Of a stretch of DNA of 64,000 nucleotides, positions 31,064 through 40,798 are shown in pieces. The position numbers were made by a program, and so were the translations under genes. Under the pieces are notes generated by a model, which worked only from the letters and a program-made list of their open reading frames with translations, was not told the DNA's origin and did no database searches. This DNA comes from Actinomycetes bacterium (GTDB lineage Bacteria > Actinomycetota > Actinomycetes > S36-B12), in the NCBI GenBank assembly GCA_014190275.1, contig BJGE01000003.1:10258-74257 (forward strand). The letters are read 5' to 3'. Each line of letters opens with the position of its first letter. The stretch's first letter is position 1.

Positions 31064-31990
31064 TCATTGGTGCGCCAGGAGTTTCCTAGTCATGGCAACA
31101 TCGTTGGTCATCGCAGCCACCAGCTCGTCTAGCCCCGAAAATACCGCCTGCCCTCTGACTCTTGCGACGAAATCTATAGCCAGATTTTGGCCATATAGGT
31201 CAAGGTCACCGCGGTCAAGAACATAGGCCTCGACCCGCGGCTCTTGCCCATTAAATTGAGGGTTCGTGCCAATCGACACCGCAGCCGGCAGCCGACCCAA
31301 GCCCGCTGTGGTGGCATGGCCCGCATAGACGCCGTCGGCTGGAACCGCACGATTGGCAGCGACTTGGATATTCGCGGTTGGAAAACCTAGTTCGCGGCCG
31401 CGCTCGTCCCCGTGCACCACTAGGCCGCTGAGGCGATAGTCACGATCTAATATTGCGGCCGCTTGGGCCACCTCCCCGGCTGCAATTAGCCGGCGCACAT
31501 TGGTGGACGACCAATTGGTGCTGCCGTCCCCTTGGATGTCAAGTGAATGTACTTCGAAGCCATACTGCGCTCCAAGGGCGGTTAATGCTTGTACGTCACC
31601 GGATGCCTCGTGACCGAACCAGAAGTTTTTTCCGACCACAACGCCTTGCGCATTTAGTTGATTCACCACGACCCTTTCAACAAACTCGCGCGGAGTCAGT
31701 TGGGAAACGGCTGCGGTGAAATCCAGTACGTAGACATCGTCGGCCCCGGCAGCAAGGAGTAACTCCTTACGTTCGCTAATATCCGCAAGCATTTTGGGCG
31801 CAGATCCAGGGCGAAGCACCGCCATCGGGTGCGGGTCGAAAGTCATGACGGTAACCCCAATATTGAGTCCATCGGCAATCTTCCGGGCCCGGTCAATTAG
31901 CGCCCGATGGCCCCGGTGCACCCCATCGAAGACCCCCAGGCACACCACCGCAGGGGGCGCCGTGTCGATGAACTTAGTTGACGCAGTCAT
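31064..31990 (-). CDS. ribF: Bifunctional riboflavin kinase / FMN adenylyltransferase
   Basis: The 308-aa ORF has the N-terminal motif GVFDGVHRGH and a C-terminal riboflavin kinase domain (GFPTANI). Confidence 0.93.
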   Translation of the reverse strand: MTASTKFIDTAPPAVVCLGVFDGVHRGHRALIDRARKIADGLNIGVTVMTFDPHPMAVLRPGSAPKMLADISERKELLLAAGADDVYVLDFTAAVSQLTPREFVERVVVNQLNAQGVVVGKNFWFGHEASGDVQALTALGAQYGFEVHSLDIQGDGSTNWSSTNVRRLIAAGEVAQAAAILDRDYRLSGLVVHGDERGRELGFPTANIQVAANRAVPADGVYAGHATTAGLGRLPAAVSIGTNPQFNGQEPRVEAYVLDRGDLDLYGQNLAIDFVARVRGQAVFSGLDELVAAMTNDVAMTRKLLAHQ

Positions 31991-32007
31991 AACGGGAACA
32001 CTCTAGG

Positions 32008-32883
32008 TCAAACGAATACGGCGAGATACCGAGCGACCCCTTCTTGACGTTCCGCGATCGCCAAGAGGTCACCGGCCGCTGATGTGATCGCCAGCGGACC
32101 AGCCACGCCGGGCACCCACTCAATACGCCGGCCATGGGCCACCGCATCGCCTGCTGCTTCATCGACTTCCCAGGTCAAAAAGGCCCGCGCGGCGACCTGT
32201 CCCATTGGCGTCACCGATGCAGCTGTCAAGAGTTCTAGATCTACGGCCTCGGACGCGGTGAACGGCCCCACTTTTGTCCGCCGCAGCGCCGTCAGATGCC
32301 CGCCAACACCGAGCCCCGCACCTAGATCGCGAGCTAGCGCACGAATATAGGTGCCCGTTGAGCAAATTACTTCGACATCGAGATCGATCCATGTCAGCCC
32401 GACAGTAACCTGGTGCACGACGAAACTTTCGACAGTTACCGAGCGCGCTTTGAGGTCAACACTTGCACCCGCACGGACAAGTGCATGGGCTCTGCGCCCA
32501 TCGACTTTGATAGCGCTAATGGAACTCGGCACTTGCCTAAGATTGCCGATCAGTTTGGCAACACCACTTAAAATTGCGGCCTCATCGAGCACCGCCAGTT
32601 GACCTGCCGTTGCGCACGCCAAGGTCTCACCTTGTGAATCATCAGTGAGCGTCGATGAGCCGAGCCGAATCGTTGCTTCGTATACCTTGTCCTGCCTGGC
32701 CAAAAAACCAAGTAGCCGGGTTGCTCGATCGACACCGATAAGCAACACCCCGGTCGCCAACGGATCAAGGGTGCCACCGTGCCCAACTTTTCGGGTTTGC
32801 AGCGCCTTCCGGGTTCGGGCTACAACATCATGTGACGTGATGCCGCGGGGCTTATCGACGACTATTACGCCGACCGGGGTCAT
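32008..32883 (-). CDS. truB: tRNA pseudouridine(55) synthase
   Basis: The motifs VVDKPRGITSHDVV and GHGGTLDPLATGVLL (catalytic Asp) are present. Confidence 0.93.
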   Translation of the reverse strand: MTPVGVIVVDKPRGITSHDVVARTRKALQTRKVGHGGTLDPLATGVLLIGVDRATRLLGFLARQDKVYEATIRLGSSTLTDDSQGETLACATAGQLAVLDEAAILSGVAKLIGNLRQVPSSISAIKVDGRRAHALVRAGASVDLKARSVTVESFVVHQVTVGLTWIDLDVEVICSTGTYIRALARDLGAGLGVGGHLTALRRTKVGPFTASEAVDLELLTAASVTPMGQVAARAFLTWEVDEAAGDAVAHGRRIEWVPGVAGPLAITSAAGDLLAIAERQEGVARYLAVFV

Positions 32884-33320
32884 GAGGGGTCGAAGTCATC
32901 CGCGCGCGGTGCTCGATAAGGGTCAGCATCGCCCGCATAGGTTGCGTTGGCCGCTTGCGCATGCACCTGGGCATCAGCGTCTGCCGCTCTTTGTAAAAGT
33001 TCAGCCACATGCTGCGCACTCTCGGGTAGTGCATCCGGGATGAATGCTAGGGATGGTGTGAACTTGATACCGGTCTGGCGACCAACTTCCGAGCGGATAA
33101 TTCCCTTTGCTGACTCCAGAGCAGCGGCGGTTTCGGCGCGCGCTTGATCATCGCCGTAGACGGTGTAGAACACCGACGCCTCGCGAAGATCGGTCGTCAC
33201 TCTCACGTCGGTTATCGTCGTAAAACCAAGTCGAGGGTCCTTGACGCGCTTCTCCAAGCATTCCGCGACTATCACCTTGATGCGGTCAGCCATCTTGCGC
33301 TGCCGAGCCTCGCTACTCAT
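32880..33320 (-). CDS. rbfA: Ribosome-binding factor A
   Basis: The 146-aa ORF has ..RVKDPRLGFTTITDVRVTTDLREASVFYTV.., a typical RbfA KH-like core. It sits between infB and truB. Confidence 0.9.
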   Translation of the reverse strand: MSSEARQRKMADRIKVIVAECLEKRVKDPRLGFTTITDVRVTTDLREASVFYTVYGDDQARAETAAALESAKGIIRSEVGRQTGIKFTPSLAFIPDALPESAQHVAELLQRAADADAQVHAQAANATYAGDADPYRAPRADDFDPS

Positions 33321-33348
33321 CTACTCACCCCTTAACCGCGATTACCTG

Positions 33349-36177
33349 TTACGCCTTTCGCGGGATCTCGCGCATCTCGAAAGTCTCGATGATGTCGTCA
33401 GGCTTCAAGTCTTGGTAAGAACCGAGGTTGATACCACATTCAAAACCCTCGCGGACTTCGGTGACATCATCTTTAAACCGGCGCAAAGTGGCGATCGATA
33501 GATTGTCGGCCACGACTGACCCGTCACGGACCAGGCGCGCCTTAGAGTTGCGACGGATCTCACCGGTCTTGACTAGGCAGCCAACGATGGTGCCGAACTT
33601 GGAAGACTTGAAGACCTCGCGAACCTGCGCGGTACCAAGTTGGGCCTCTTCGTACTCCGGCTTGAGCATGCCGCGAAGCGCTGACTCCACTTCGTCAATG
33701 GCTTGATAGATGACGCTGTAGTAGCGAACATCGACGCCCTCTTGGGACGCCAATTCGGCAACCTTGCCCTCGGGTCGCACATTGAACCCGATGATGACGG
33801 CCTTTGATGCACTCGCCAGTGTGACGTCATTCTTGGTGATCGCCCCGACACCGCGATGAATAACCCGTAGGGAGACTTCTTCGCCGACATCGATTTTGAG
33901 CAACGCATCCTCAAGGGCCTCAACAGAACCAGAGACGTCACCCTTGATGATAAGAGTGAGTTCGGCAATCTCACCTTTCTCAATTGACTCTAGGAAGTCC
34001 TCAAGGGACCGCTTAACGCGATTCTTCGCCAACATGGCATTGCGCTCGCGAGCCTGCCGAGTTTGCGCAATCTGGCGCGCAATCCTGTCTTCTGAGACGA
34101 CCAAGAAACTGTCGCCAGCACCCGGAACTGAAGTCAGGCCGAGCACCTGAACCGGGAAGGCTGGTCCGGCCACATCTACTACATTGCCATCGTCATCCAG
34201 CATGGCGCGAACCCGACCAAAGGCATCACCGGCGACAATCGAATCACCGGCACGAAGGGTGCCCCGCTGAACCAACACGGTCGCGACTGGGCCCCGCCCG
34301 CGGTCCAGATGGGCCTCGATCGCAATACCTTGTGCATCTTGGTTCGGGTTGGCCCGAAGATCTAAGGCCGCATCGGCGGTCAAGAGCACCGCATCAAGTA
34401 GCGCCTCGAGACCGGTACCACCTTTAGCCGAAACATCAACGAACATGGTGTCGCCGCCAAATTCCTCGGCCACCAGGCCGTACTCGGTCAATTGAGTACG
34501 GACCTTCAGCGGGTCCGCACCTTCCTTGTCGACCTTGTTCACCGCGACAACAATCGGCACGCCGGCGGCCTGTGCGTGATTTAGTGCTTCAATGGTTTGC
34601 GGCTTGACGCCATCGTCGGCCGCGACCACAAGAATTGAGATGTCGGTTACCTGCGCACCGCGTGCCCGCATCGCGGTGAACGCCTCGTGGCCGGGGGTAT
34701 CAATGAACGTTATCTTGCGTTCGCCATTGGCAGTTTGGGTAGCAACTTGGTAAGCACCAATGTGCTGGGTGATACCCCCCGCCTCACCGCCGATGACATT
34801 GGTCTTGCGAATGGCATCGAGCAATCGGGTCTTGCCGTGGTCCACGTGACCCATAACGGTGACAACCGGGGGACGAATGACTAGATCGGCTTCAACGCCT
34901 TCGTCTTCGCCAAACTCAAGATGGAAGGAGCCGAGTAATTCACGATCTTCATCCTCGGGTGAAACCACCTCGACTTCGTAGTTCAGTTCACTACCAAGTA
35001 AGCGCAGGGTGTCGTCATCGATAGATTGCGTCGCAGTAACCATTTCGCCGAGTTCGATGAGAACTTTCACCAGATCGGCGGGCATCGCATCAATTTTGTC
35101 CGCGAAATCGGTCAGGCTTGCACCACGAGGTAACCGGACCGTCTCGCCCGACCCCCGAGTAATGCGCACGCCACTAAGTGACGGTGCCTGCATATTGTCA
35201 AACTCTTGCCGCTTGGCACGCTTGGATTTGCGGCCCCGCGATGGCCGCCCACCCGGCCGCCCAAAGGCACCCGCCGTGGTGCCTCGACCACCCGCACCGG
35301 GGCGGCCTGGGAACCCACCGGGACCACCGGGACCACCTAGGCCACCTGGGCCACCGGGACCACCTGGGCCACCTAGGCCGCGCCCCGGTGCCCCTGATCT
35401 CCCCGCAAACCCACCGGGGCCACCGGGACCGCCGGGGCCACCGGGGCCGCGTGCGGTGAACCCACCGGGGCCACCGGGGCCGCGACCAGATCCGCCCGGG
35501 CCACCCGGAACGCCGCCGGGGCCGGGTGGCCGTCGACCTGGAAAAGCTGCCGGCCGCGGCGCCCCGGGGACGCCGCCGCCAGGGGCGGCACCCGGCGCCG
35601 ATGCGCCGGTGGCAGGCGCCGCTCGACCCATCCCGGTGCTCGTCCCAAATGGGTTATTGCCTGGACGCGGCGCGGGTGCTCGACCCATGCCCGTGCTGCC
35701 GCCGAACGGATTGTTGCCCGGGCGCGGGCCGGCTGAGCGCGGCGCACCCGCTTGCGGGCCAACCGGCCGACCCGGTGGAATAGCGGCCGGATCGGCCACG
35801 GCTACGGCGGGTAGCGGCTCGGGGGGCGCCTGCTTTGGAGGCGTCTGCTTTGGGGGCTCATCAACTAGCACTGTTGGAGCCGGCGCCGCCGACTCAATTG
35901 GCTCAAATCTCGTCGGCTTCAGCCTTCGCGGTTGTCTTCTTCGCGGTGGACTTCTTGGCGGTTGACTTAGTTGCGGCTTTTTTGCCACCGCCTTAGCTTC
36001 GGGGGCATCACTTGGTGCGGCAGCAGGCATGGCCTCCTTGAGTTTGCGCACCACCGGAGCCTCGACCGTTGATGAGGCCGATTTTACAAATTCCCCAAGT
36101 TCTTGGAGTTTGGCGAGAACAACCTTGCTCTCAACCCCGAGCTCCTTCGCGAGCTCATGTACCCGAACCTTCGACAC
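33349..36177 (-). CDS. infB: Translation initiation factor IF-2
   Basis: The 942-aa ORF starts at a GTG preceded by AGGAGA. The G-domain motifs [16 protein letters not shown] and NKVD are present, with a long Gly/Pro-rich N-terminal region. Confidence 0.97.
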   Translation of the reverse strand: MSKVRVHELAKELGVESKVVLAKLQELGEFVKSASSTVEAPVVRKLKEAMPAAAPSDAPEAKAVAKKPQLSQPPRSPPRRRQPRRLKPTRFEPIESAAPAPTVLVDEPPKQTPPKQAPPEPLPAVAVADPAAIPPGRPVGPQAGAPRSAGPRPGNNPFGGSTGMGRAPAPRPGNNPFGTSTGMGRAAPATGASAPGAAPGGGVPGAPRPAAFPGRRPPGPGGVPGGPGGSGRGPGGPGGFTARGPGGPGGPGGPGGFAGRSGAPGRGLGGPGGPGGPGGLGGPGGPGGFPGRPGAGGRGTTAGAFGRPGGRPSRGRKSKRAKRQEFDNMQAPSLSGVRITRGSGETVRLPRGASLTDFADKIDAMPADLVKVLIELGEMVTATQSIDDDTLRLLGSELNYEVEVVSPEDEDRELLGSFHLEFGEDEGVEADLVIRPPVVTVMGHVDHGKTRLLDAIRKTNVIGGEAGGITQHIGAYQVATQTANGERKITFIDTPGHEAFTAMRARGAQVTDISILVVAADDGVKPQTIEALNHAQAAGVPIVVAVNKVDKEGADPLKVRTQLTEYGLVAEEFGGDTMFVDVSAKGGTGLEALLDAVLLTADAALDLRANPNQDAQGIAIEAHLDRGRGPVATVLVQRGTLRAGDSIVAGDAFGRVRAMLDDDGNVVDVAGPAFPVQVLGLTSVPGAGDSFLVVSEDRIARQIAQTRQARERNAMLAKNRVKRSLEDFLESIEKGEIAELTLIIKGDVSGSVEALEDALLKIDVGEEVSLRVIHRGVGAITKNDVTLASASKAVIIGFNVRPEGKVAELASQEGVDVRYYSVIYQAIDEVESALRGMLKPEYEEAQLGTAQVREVFKSSKFGTIVGCLVKTGEIRRNSKARLVRDGSVVADNLSIATLRRFKDDVTEVREGFECGINLGSYQDLKPDDIIETFEMREIPRKA
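35220..35760 (-). repeat. Imperfect tandem GGPGGP-coding repeats inside infB
   Basis: Runs of ccaccgggaccacc / ggccaccgggg units encode [18 protein letters not shown] repeats in the IF-2 N-terminal region. These repeats also generate the long Pro-rich antisense ORF 35009..35965. Confidence 0.6.
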
Positions 36178-36241
36178 AATTCTCCTGTCTTGGTCCGGGC
36201 CTTGCTCCGGACCGTCAGTGCGTAGGACGCCTCATTGCAGC

Positions 36242-36294
36242 GTCATTTCTTTACAGTCATCTCGAACGCGGTCATTTCGAACGCGTTCATTTGG
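36242..36294 (-). repeat. Tandem 15-nt repeat (gtcatYtcgaacgcg, 2 full copies plus 2 degenerate) in the ylxR-infB spacer
   Basis: Full copies lie at 36256..36270 and 36271..36285, with degenerate copies on both sides. The junction forms the perfect 10-bp palindrome GAACGCGTTC (36279..36288). Confidence 0.7.
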
Positions 36295-36368
36295 TGAAAG
36301 TCCTCAACGCCAACTCCCGAACTCTTCGTGACATACCCGCGGCGGCTGCCTTGGACATTTAACTCCCA

Positions 36369-36398
36369 GCAAACTATCCCCCGGCAAACTATCCCCCG
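36369..36398 (-). repeat. Exact tandem duplication of a 15-mer (gcaaactatcccccg x2) just downstream of the ylxR stop
   Basis: 36369..36383 and 36384..36398 are identical, read directly from the sequence. Confidence 0.8.
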
Positions 36399-36407
36399 GT
36401 GACCGCG

Positions 36408-36743
36408 CTAGAGCCTGGCGCGCACCGGGCTGGTGTCCAATGGACCCACCACCCGAAGCGCTCGTACCCAAGCTCGTCGCGATGTCGCGGCGTCGAAACA
36501 GACCACCGTGGGGTGGATGTACGCGCCCCGACCCGGTAGGTGACCGCTTGGGTCGGGCTGACACTCCCGGCCAACGGCGACCACCCGCAGGAGATCGGAC
36601 GAGGCAGCGCGACCCCGGCAGCCAATACAGGTTCGAATTGGGCCGGGCGAGCCACCAGGAGAAGACTCTACCGCCTCACCAGGTTGCCCGGACGCCACCT
36701 CTGGCGCCGCCTCTGGCGCAACCTCTGGGTCACTGCGGGTCAC
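36408..36743 (-). CDS. ylxR: YlxR/DUF448 family RNA-binding protein
   Basis: The motifs IRTCIGCRG...LLRV...GRGAYIHP are present. The GTG start overlaps the nusA stop (GTGA). Confidence 0.85.
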   Translation of the reverse strand: MTRSDPEVAPEAAPEVASGQPGEAVESSPGGSPGPIRTCIGCRGRAASSDLLRVVAVGRECQPDPSGHLPGRGAYIHPTVVCFDAATSRRAWVRALRVVGPLDTSPVRARL

Positions 36744-37753
36744 TCTGGGTCAACCGGGTCCACCACCCGGGTCCCAGCGGGCTCCCCGGGGGCCGCATCA
36801 GACCGGATATCGATCCGCCAACCGGTGAGTCGGGCTGCTAATCGAGCATTTTGCCCCTCCCGTCCGATCGCCAAGGACAGTTGGTAATCGGGCACAGTGA
36901 CCTTGGCCGAGCGGGCCACCGGGTCGACGATTACCACCCCGGAGACCCGGGCCGGGGATAGCGCGTGGGCGATCATTTCAGCGGGATCTTCACTGAAGTC
37001 GACGATATCCATCTTTTCCCCACCAAGTTCGGACATCACCTGGCGCACTCGCTGGCCCAACGGCCCGATACATGAACCTTTCGCATTTACCCCGGGCACC
37101 GTTGCGAACACGGCAATTTTCGTCCGGTGACCGGCTTCCCGCGCAACGGCTGCGATCTGCACCGTGCCATCGGCTATCTCGGGCACCTCAAGGGCGAAAA
37201 GGGCCCGGACCAAATTCGGGTGGGTTCGCGAGACCGTGACCTGCGGACCTTTAAAGCCCTTGCGCACGGCGGTTACCAAACACTTAAAGCGCGCCCCATG
37301 TGGGTAGGACTCACCCGGTGACTGTTCCTCCGGTGGCAGGTTCGCCTCCACTTTGCCGATGTCGATGCGCACCATCTTTGGGTTACTCGTTTGCTGAACT
37401 ACCCCAGAAACTAGGTCACCTTCGCGCCCGGTGAACTCAATCAAAGTGACGTCATCCTCGGCTTCGCGCAACCGAGTCAGCAGCACCTGCCGCGCCGTCG
37501 TCGCAGCGATGCGGCCGAATCCCTCCGGGGTGTCGTCGTATTCGCGAACCACATTGCCTTCTTCGTCAAGTTCACTTGCCATCACCACTACGTGGCCGGT
37601 CTTGCGATCCACCGTGACTCGAGCCCGCTGGGCAGCGCCCTCAGTGTGCAGATACGCCACATGAAGGGCCTGCTCGATGGTCTCAACAACTACGTCAAGG
37701 GATAAATCCTTTTCGCGCACCAAAGCTTTGAGCGCACTGACATCAATATCCAT
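36740..37753 (-). CDS. nusA: Transcription termination/antitermination factor NusA
   Basis: The 337-aa ORF has an N-terminal domain, an S1 domain and two KH domains (..[12 protein letters not shown].., ..[22 protein letters not shown]..). Confidence 0.97.
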   Translation of the reverse strand: MDIDVSALKALVREKDLSLDVVVETIEQALHVAYLHTEGAAQRARVTVDRKTGHVVVMASELDEEGNVVREYDDTPEGFGRIAATTARQVLLTRLREAEDDVTLIEFTGREGDLVSGVVQQTSNPKMVRIDIGKVEANLPPEEQSPGESYPHGARFKCLVTAVRKGFKGPQVTVSRTHPNLVRALFALEVPEIADGTVQIAAVAREAGHRTKIAVFATVPGVNAKGSCIGPLGQRVRQVMSELGGEKMDIVDFSEDPAEMIAHALSPARVSGVVIVDPVARSAKVTVPDYQLSLAIGREGQNARLAARLTGWRIDIRSDAAPGEPAGTRVVDPVDPE

Positions 37754-37755
37754 GA

Positions 37756-38241
37756 TTAACCCTCATCCGTTTCACCAACCGTAGAAGTGAACTCAACCTG
37801 CACCAGACCTCTGGCTATATCGGTGAATGCGATCGAGACCGGATCCACGGCCGAGGTTTGCAGGATCACTCTGGTATCTGTGACTTCGATAATGCGTCCC
37901 TGAAGCTTCGACTTATCCAATAAGTGCACTTCCACGTTGCGTTTGACCGCGCGCCGCCAGTGTTTCAATTCTGTTAGCGGCCGATCGACTCCAGGTGACG
38001 ACACCTCTAGAACGAAAGCACCGACAAACTGCTCGGCAAGTGGCGGACTATCGAAAAGTTCGGAGATTTTTCGGCTCACCTCGGCAACTTGGTCGAGGCC
38101 AACCCCTCCGTCACGATCCACTATCACCCGCACAATTTCGCGGCGACCAGCCTGTTGTACTTGTACATCTTCGACATCTACACCGGATTCGGCCAATGCC
38201 GCCCGGATTCCCGCACGCAAGTCACTCGCTGACGCGACCAT
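37756..38241 (-). CDS. rimP: Ribosome maturation factor RimP
   Basis: The internal ATG at 38241 gives a 161-aa product with [12 protein letters not shown]. It lies directly upstream of nusA. The longer track ORF start at 38361 is unlikely. Confidence 0.88.
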   Translation of the reverse strand: MVASASDLRAGIRAALAESGVDVEDVQVQQAGRREIVRVIVDRDGGVGLDQVAEVSRKISELFDSPPLAEQFVGAFVLEVSSPGVDRPLTELKHWRRAVKRNVEVHLLDKSKLQGRIIEVTDTRVILQTSAVDPVSIAFTDIARGLVQVEFTSTVGETDEG

Positions 38242-38340
38242 GGCGCCTCCTGCCCGGGCAAGCTTGCTGATTCTGTTTGGTGGACCAATTATTTGTGATG
38301 CAAGACGCACTCTACCCGCTGACCTGCCAAAGTTGTCCCC

Positions 38341-38856
38341 GTGCCGGTACCTGATGAGCAACCACCCGCCTTCAGCCGGCGGCGGTTACTCGCGCGCTCA
38401 GCCGGGGCCACCTGCGCATTGGCCGGAGTCGGAGTCTTGGCCGCCTGCGGCACCGATGGCCCGAGCGCAGGTGCCACCACGCCCGCCCCGATGGTGGACA
38501 GTGGGTCTGTTTATCTTGATGTTGCAACTTCTGAACGTGCCCTGATCGCGCGTTACACCGAGACCATCGCTACCTTTCCCCAACTTGCGACCCATCTTGA
38601 ACCCCTGCTCCGCCAACACGTAGAACATCTTGCCGCCACCGGGGTCGACGCCCCTAATCCGCCGCCACAGGACCCGCCACGGGGCTTAACGGCCGCCATC
38701 ACCGCACTGCGTCAGGCCGAGTTGACCGCAGCCGTTGAGCGCAGAAAATCCTGCCTGCTGGCTACCGAACCGGAGTTTGTGCGCACCCTGACTTTCATTG
38801 CCGCCTCCGAAGCCTCGCACATTGCGGCACTCAAGGCGGTGAGCCAAGGCACATGA
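38341..38856 (+). CDS. Tat-signal lipoprotein, ferritin-like (Rv2843/DUF4439-neighbourhood)
   Basis: The N-terminus SRRRLLARSAGATCALAGVGVLAAC combines a twin-arginine motif with a lipobox. The Ala-rich helical remainder resembles the adjacent DUF4439 protein. Confidence 0.6.
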   Translation: MPVPDEQPPAFSRRRLLARSAGATCALAGVGVLAACGTDGPSAGATTPAPMVDSGSVYLDVATSERALIARYTETIATFPQLATHLEPLLRQHVEHLAATGVDAPNPPPQDPPRGLTAAITALRQAELTAAVERRKSCLLATEPEFVRTLTFIAASEASHIAALKAVSQGT

Positions 38857-39254
38857 GTAACGAATCTGCGCTAGCCGCTGCGCTAGCCGGCGAAGATGCA
38901 GCGATCTACGGGTACGGGGTTATTAGCGCCTTGCTCGCTGGCGCCGCACGTCGGCGCGCCCTTGACGCGCTAGGTGCCCACCAATCTTGGCGCAACCGCA
39001 CGGCCGCGCTGATGGGTTGGGATACCGCCCCACTTCCCGCCGTAGCTTATGACTTCCCCTTCCCGGTGAGCGACCCTGAAAGTTCTAAACTGCTGGCTCA
39101 ACTAATTGAAAATCGCCTTGTTGTCGTTTACGCCGACCTCGCGGCGACCTGTGCGGGCGATGCGCGGGCTGATGCGGTGTTGGCCGCGAGCGAATGCGCT
39201 ACTCGGGCTGTGGTCTGGGGAGCCCCAGCGCAGGCATTCCCGCACGACGCCTAA
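38853..39254 (+). CDS. Ferritin-like DUF4439 family protein
   Basis: The 133-aa ORF has ALAGEDAAIYGYGVI, characteristic of DUF4439. It overlaps the upstream gene by ATGA. Confidence 0.65.
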   Translation: MSNESALAAALAGEDAAIYGYGVISALLAGAARRRALDALGAHQSWRNRTAALMGWDTAPLPAVAYDFPFPVSDPESSKLLAQLIENRLVVVYADLAATCAGDARADAVLAASECATRAVVWGAPAQAFPHDA

Positions 39255-39259
39255 TTGAC

Positions 39260-40066
39260 TCAATCCACCGGGCGAAAGACATCCCAGCCGAGTCGAATAA
39301 TCAGCACTGCAACGACTACCAGAAAGACCACTCGCACAAATCCGCTGCCGCGCTTAATCGCCGTTCGCGCACCAATTAGTGCGCCAAAAAGGTTGCACAG
39401 TCCCATCAGCAAGCCGAGCAGCCAGATCACCGATCCGGTTATTCCAAAAACAATGAGCGCAGCTGCATTAGTGCCTACATTTACGATCTTGGCGGTTGCG
39501 GATGCCTGCAAGAATGAATAGCCGAGAATCGCCACCAACAAAATTAACAGGAACGAACCGGTGCCCGGGCCAAATAGTCCGTCATACCCGCCAATGATGA
39601 ATCCGGCAAAAATTGCGATCACATAATGCCGGCGCCGACCCTGCCAGCGTAAAGCCTGCACCTGCCCAAGTTGCGGGCGAAGCAGTGTCCAGAACCAGAC
39701 AAAGACCAACAGCACAAGGATTACCGGCCGGAAGGTGCCGGCCGGGATTCGGCTGGCGAATGACGCCCCGATTGCCGATCCGATGAACGCAGCAAGCGAC
39801 ATCGGTAGGGCGGTCCGCAAATCAGGCTTAACTTGCTTCAAATATGTCCAGGCCGCCCCGCTGGTGCCAATGATGCTTGACAACTTGTTCGTGCCGAGTG
39901 CTAACGCCGGCTCCGCAGCCGGCATCGCGACCAATAACGCAGGTAGTTGAAGTAACCCACCGCCGCCGCTAACTGCATCAACCCAACCAGCGGCTGCAGC
40001 CGCAATGCACAGCAAGATAATTGTGGTCAGGTCAAGACCGGCTATTTCGAAGGCGAAGATATCCAC
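39260..40066 (-). CDS. TSUP (TauE/SafE) family anion exporter
   Basis: The 268-aa polytopic membrane protein has the repeated GGGxxxxPxL-type motif (SGGGGLLQLPALL). Confidence 0.82.
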   Translation of the reverse strand: MDIFAFEIAGLDLTTIILLCIAAAAAGWVDAVSGGGGLLQLPALLVAMPAAEPALALGTNKLSSIIGTSGAAWTYLKQVKPDLRTALPMSLAAFIGSAIGASFASRIPAGTFRPVILVLLVFVWFWTLLRPQLGQVQALRWQGRRRHYVIAIFAGFIIGGYDGLFGPGTGSFLLILLVAILGYSFLQASATAKIVNVGTNAAALIVFGITGSVIWLLGLLMGLCNLFGALIGARTAIKRGSGFVRVVFLVVVAVLIIRLGWDVFRPVD

Positions 40067-40075
40067 TTCAAGTAA

Positions 40076-40795
40076 TCAGACTAAGAGCCATCGGCGCACG
40101 ATATCTGACACCTCGATGAGCTCATGGGCAATTGCATCAGGCACCGCATCGCCTGCTGGGATCTGTTCACTGGGAACCTTGGAATGCGGTATCCAGATGG
40201 CCCGCATCCCAACTTGCTGCGCCCCGTAAATATCATCCCAGATTCGATCCCCAACAAAAACGCATTGCTCCGGTGCAACGTCAAGCCGGGACGCTATCGA
40301 TAAAAAAGACTCACGGTGCGGCTTTGCGACTTCCATCTCGCTCGTATAGCAGGCAGCATCGATAAGTTGCGCCAGGTTATCGCGCTCGAATACCTCCTGA
40401 TGATGCGCCCGCGGCCAGAGGGTATTACTCAAGACCCCGATGGCTAGCCCGGTTGAGCGTAATTGCCGCAGTAACTCACCGGCCTGCGGGTCGGCCAAAG
40501 TATGCGGTGCCCAAAAGTCGAGGTAATTCGATAACGCGCTGAAGTGAGCGGCGGATCCGGTGTTGATACCAAGGTTGATGAAAATACTGTCGAGGGCACC
40601 GGTGCTCGTAGCGCCACCGGACTCTCGCTGCAGTTGCCAACGGTAAGTCTCAGCGTCCAATAACTGCTGGGCCAAGGCTGCCGCGCGCGGTGGATCATAA
40701 ATTTCTGCATATGCGTACCACTGGGCGAAAAGATCAATGTCATGCCATGGCGTCAGCGTGCCGCCCCAATCGAAAACTACCGCTTCGATTGTCAA
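40076..40795 (-). CDS. HAD superfamily hydrolase
   Basis: Motif I VVFDWGGTL and motif IV FVGDRIWDDI are present. Confidence 0.8.
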   Translation of the reverse strand: MTIEAVVFDWGGTLTPWHDIDLFAQWYAYAEIYDPPRAAALAQQLLDAETYRWQLQRESGGATSTGALDSIFINLGINTGSAAHFSALSNYLDFWAPHTLADPQAGELLRQLRSTGLAIGVLSNTLWPRAHHQEVFERDNLAQLIDAACYTSEMEVAKPHRESFLSIASRLDVAPEQCVFVGDRIWDDIYGAQQVGMRAIWIPHSKVPSEQIPAGDAVPDAIAHELIEVSDIVRRWLLV

Positions 40796-40798
40796 GGG

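Noticed and set aside
35009-35965. A 318-aa plus-strand ORF, extremely Pro/Gly-rich (..[20 protein letters not shown]..)
   Set aside because: It is the antisense reading of the Gly/Pro-repeat region of infB. High-GC repeat DNA gives long open antisense frames. There is no independent start context or domain signature.
36256-36398. Short direct repeats that could be mistaken for a mini CRISPR array, and TCGAAC half-sites that could be mistaken for LexA boxes
   Set aside because: The repeats are 15 nt and contiguous with no spacers, and there are no cas genes. The TCGAAC copies are direct rather than inverted. The palindrome GAACGCGTTC has 2-nt rather than 4-nt spacing, so it does not fit TCGAAC-N4-GTTCGA.
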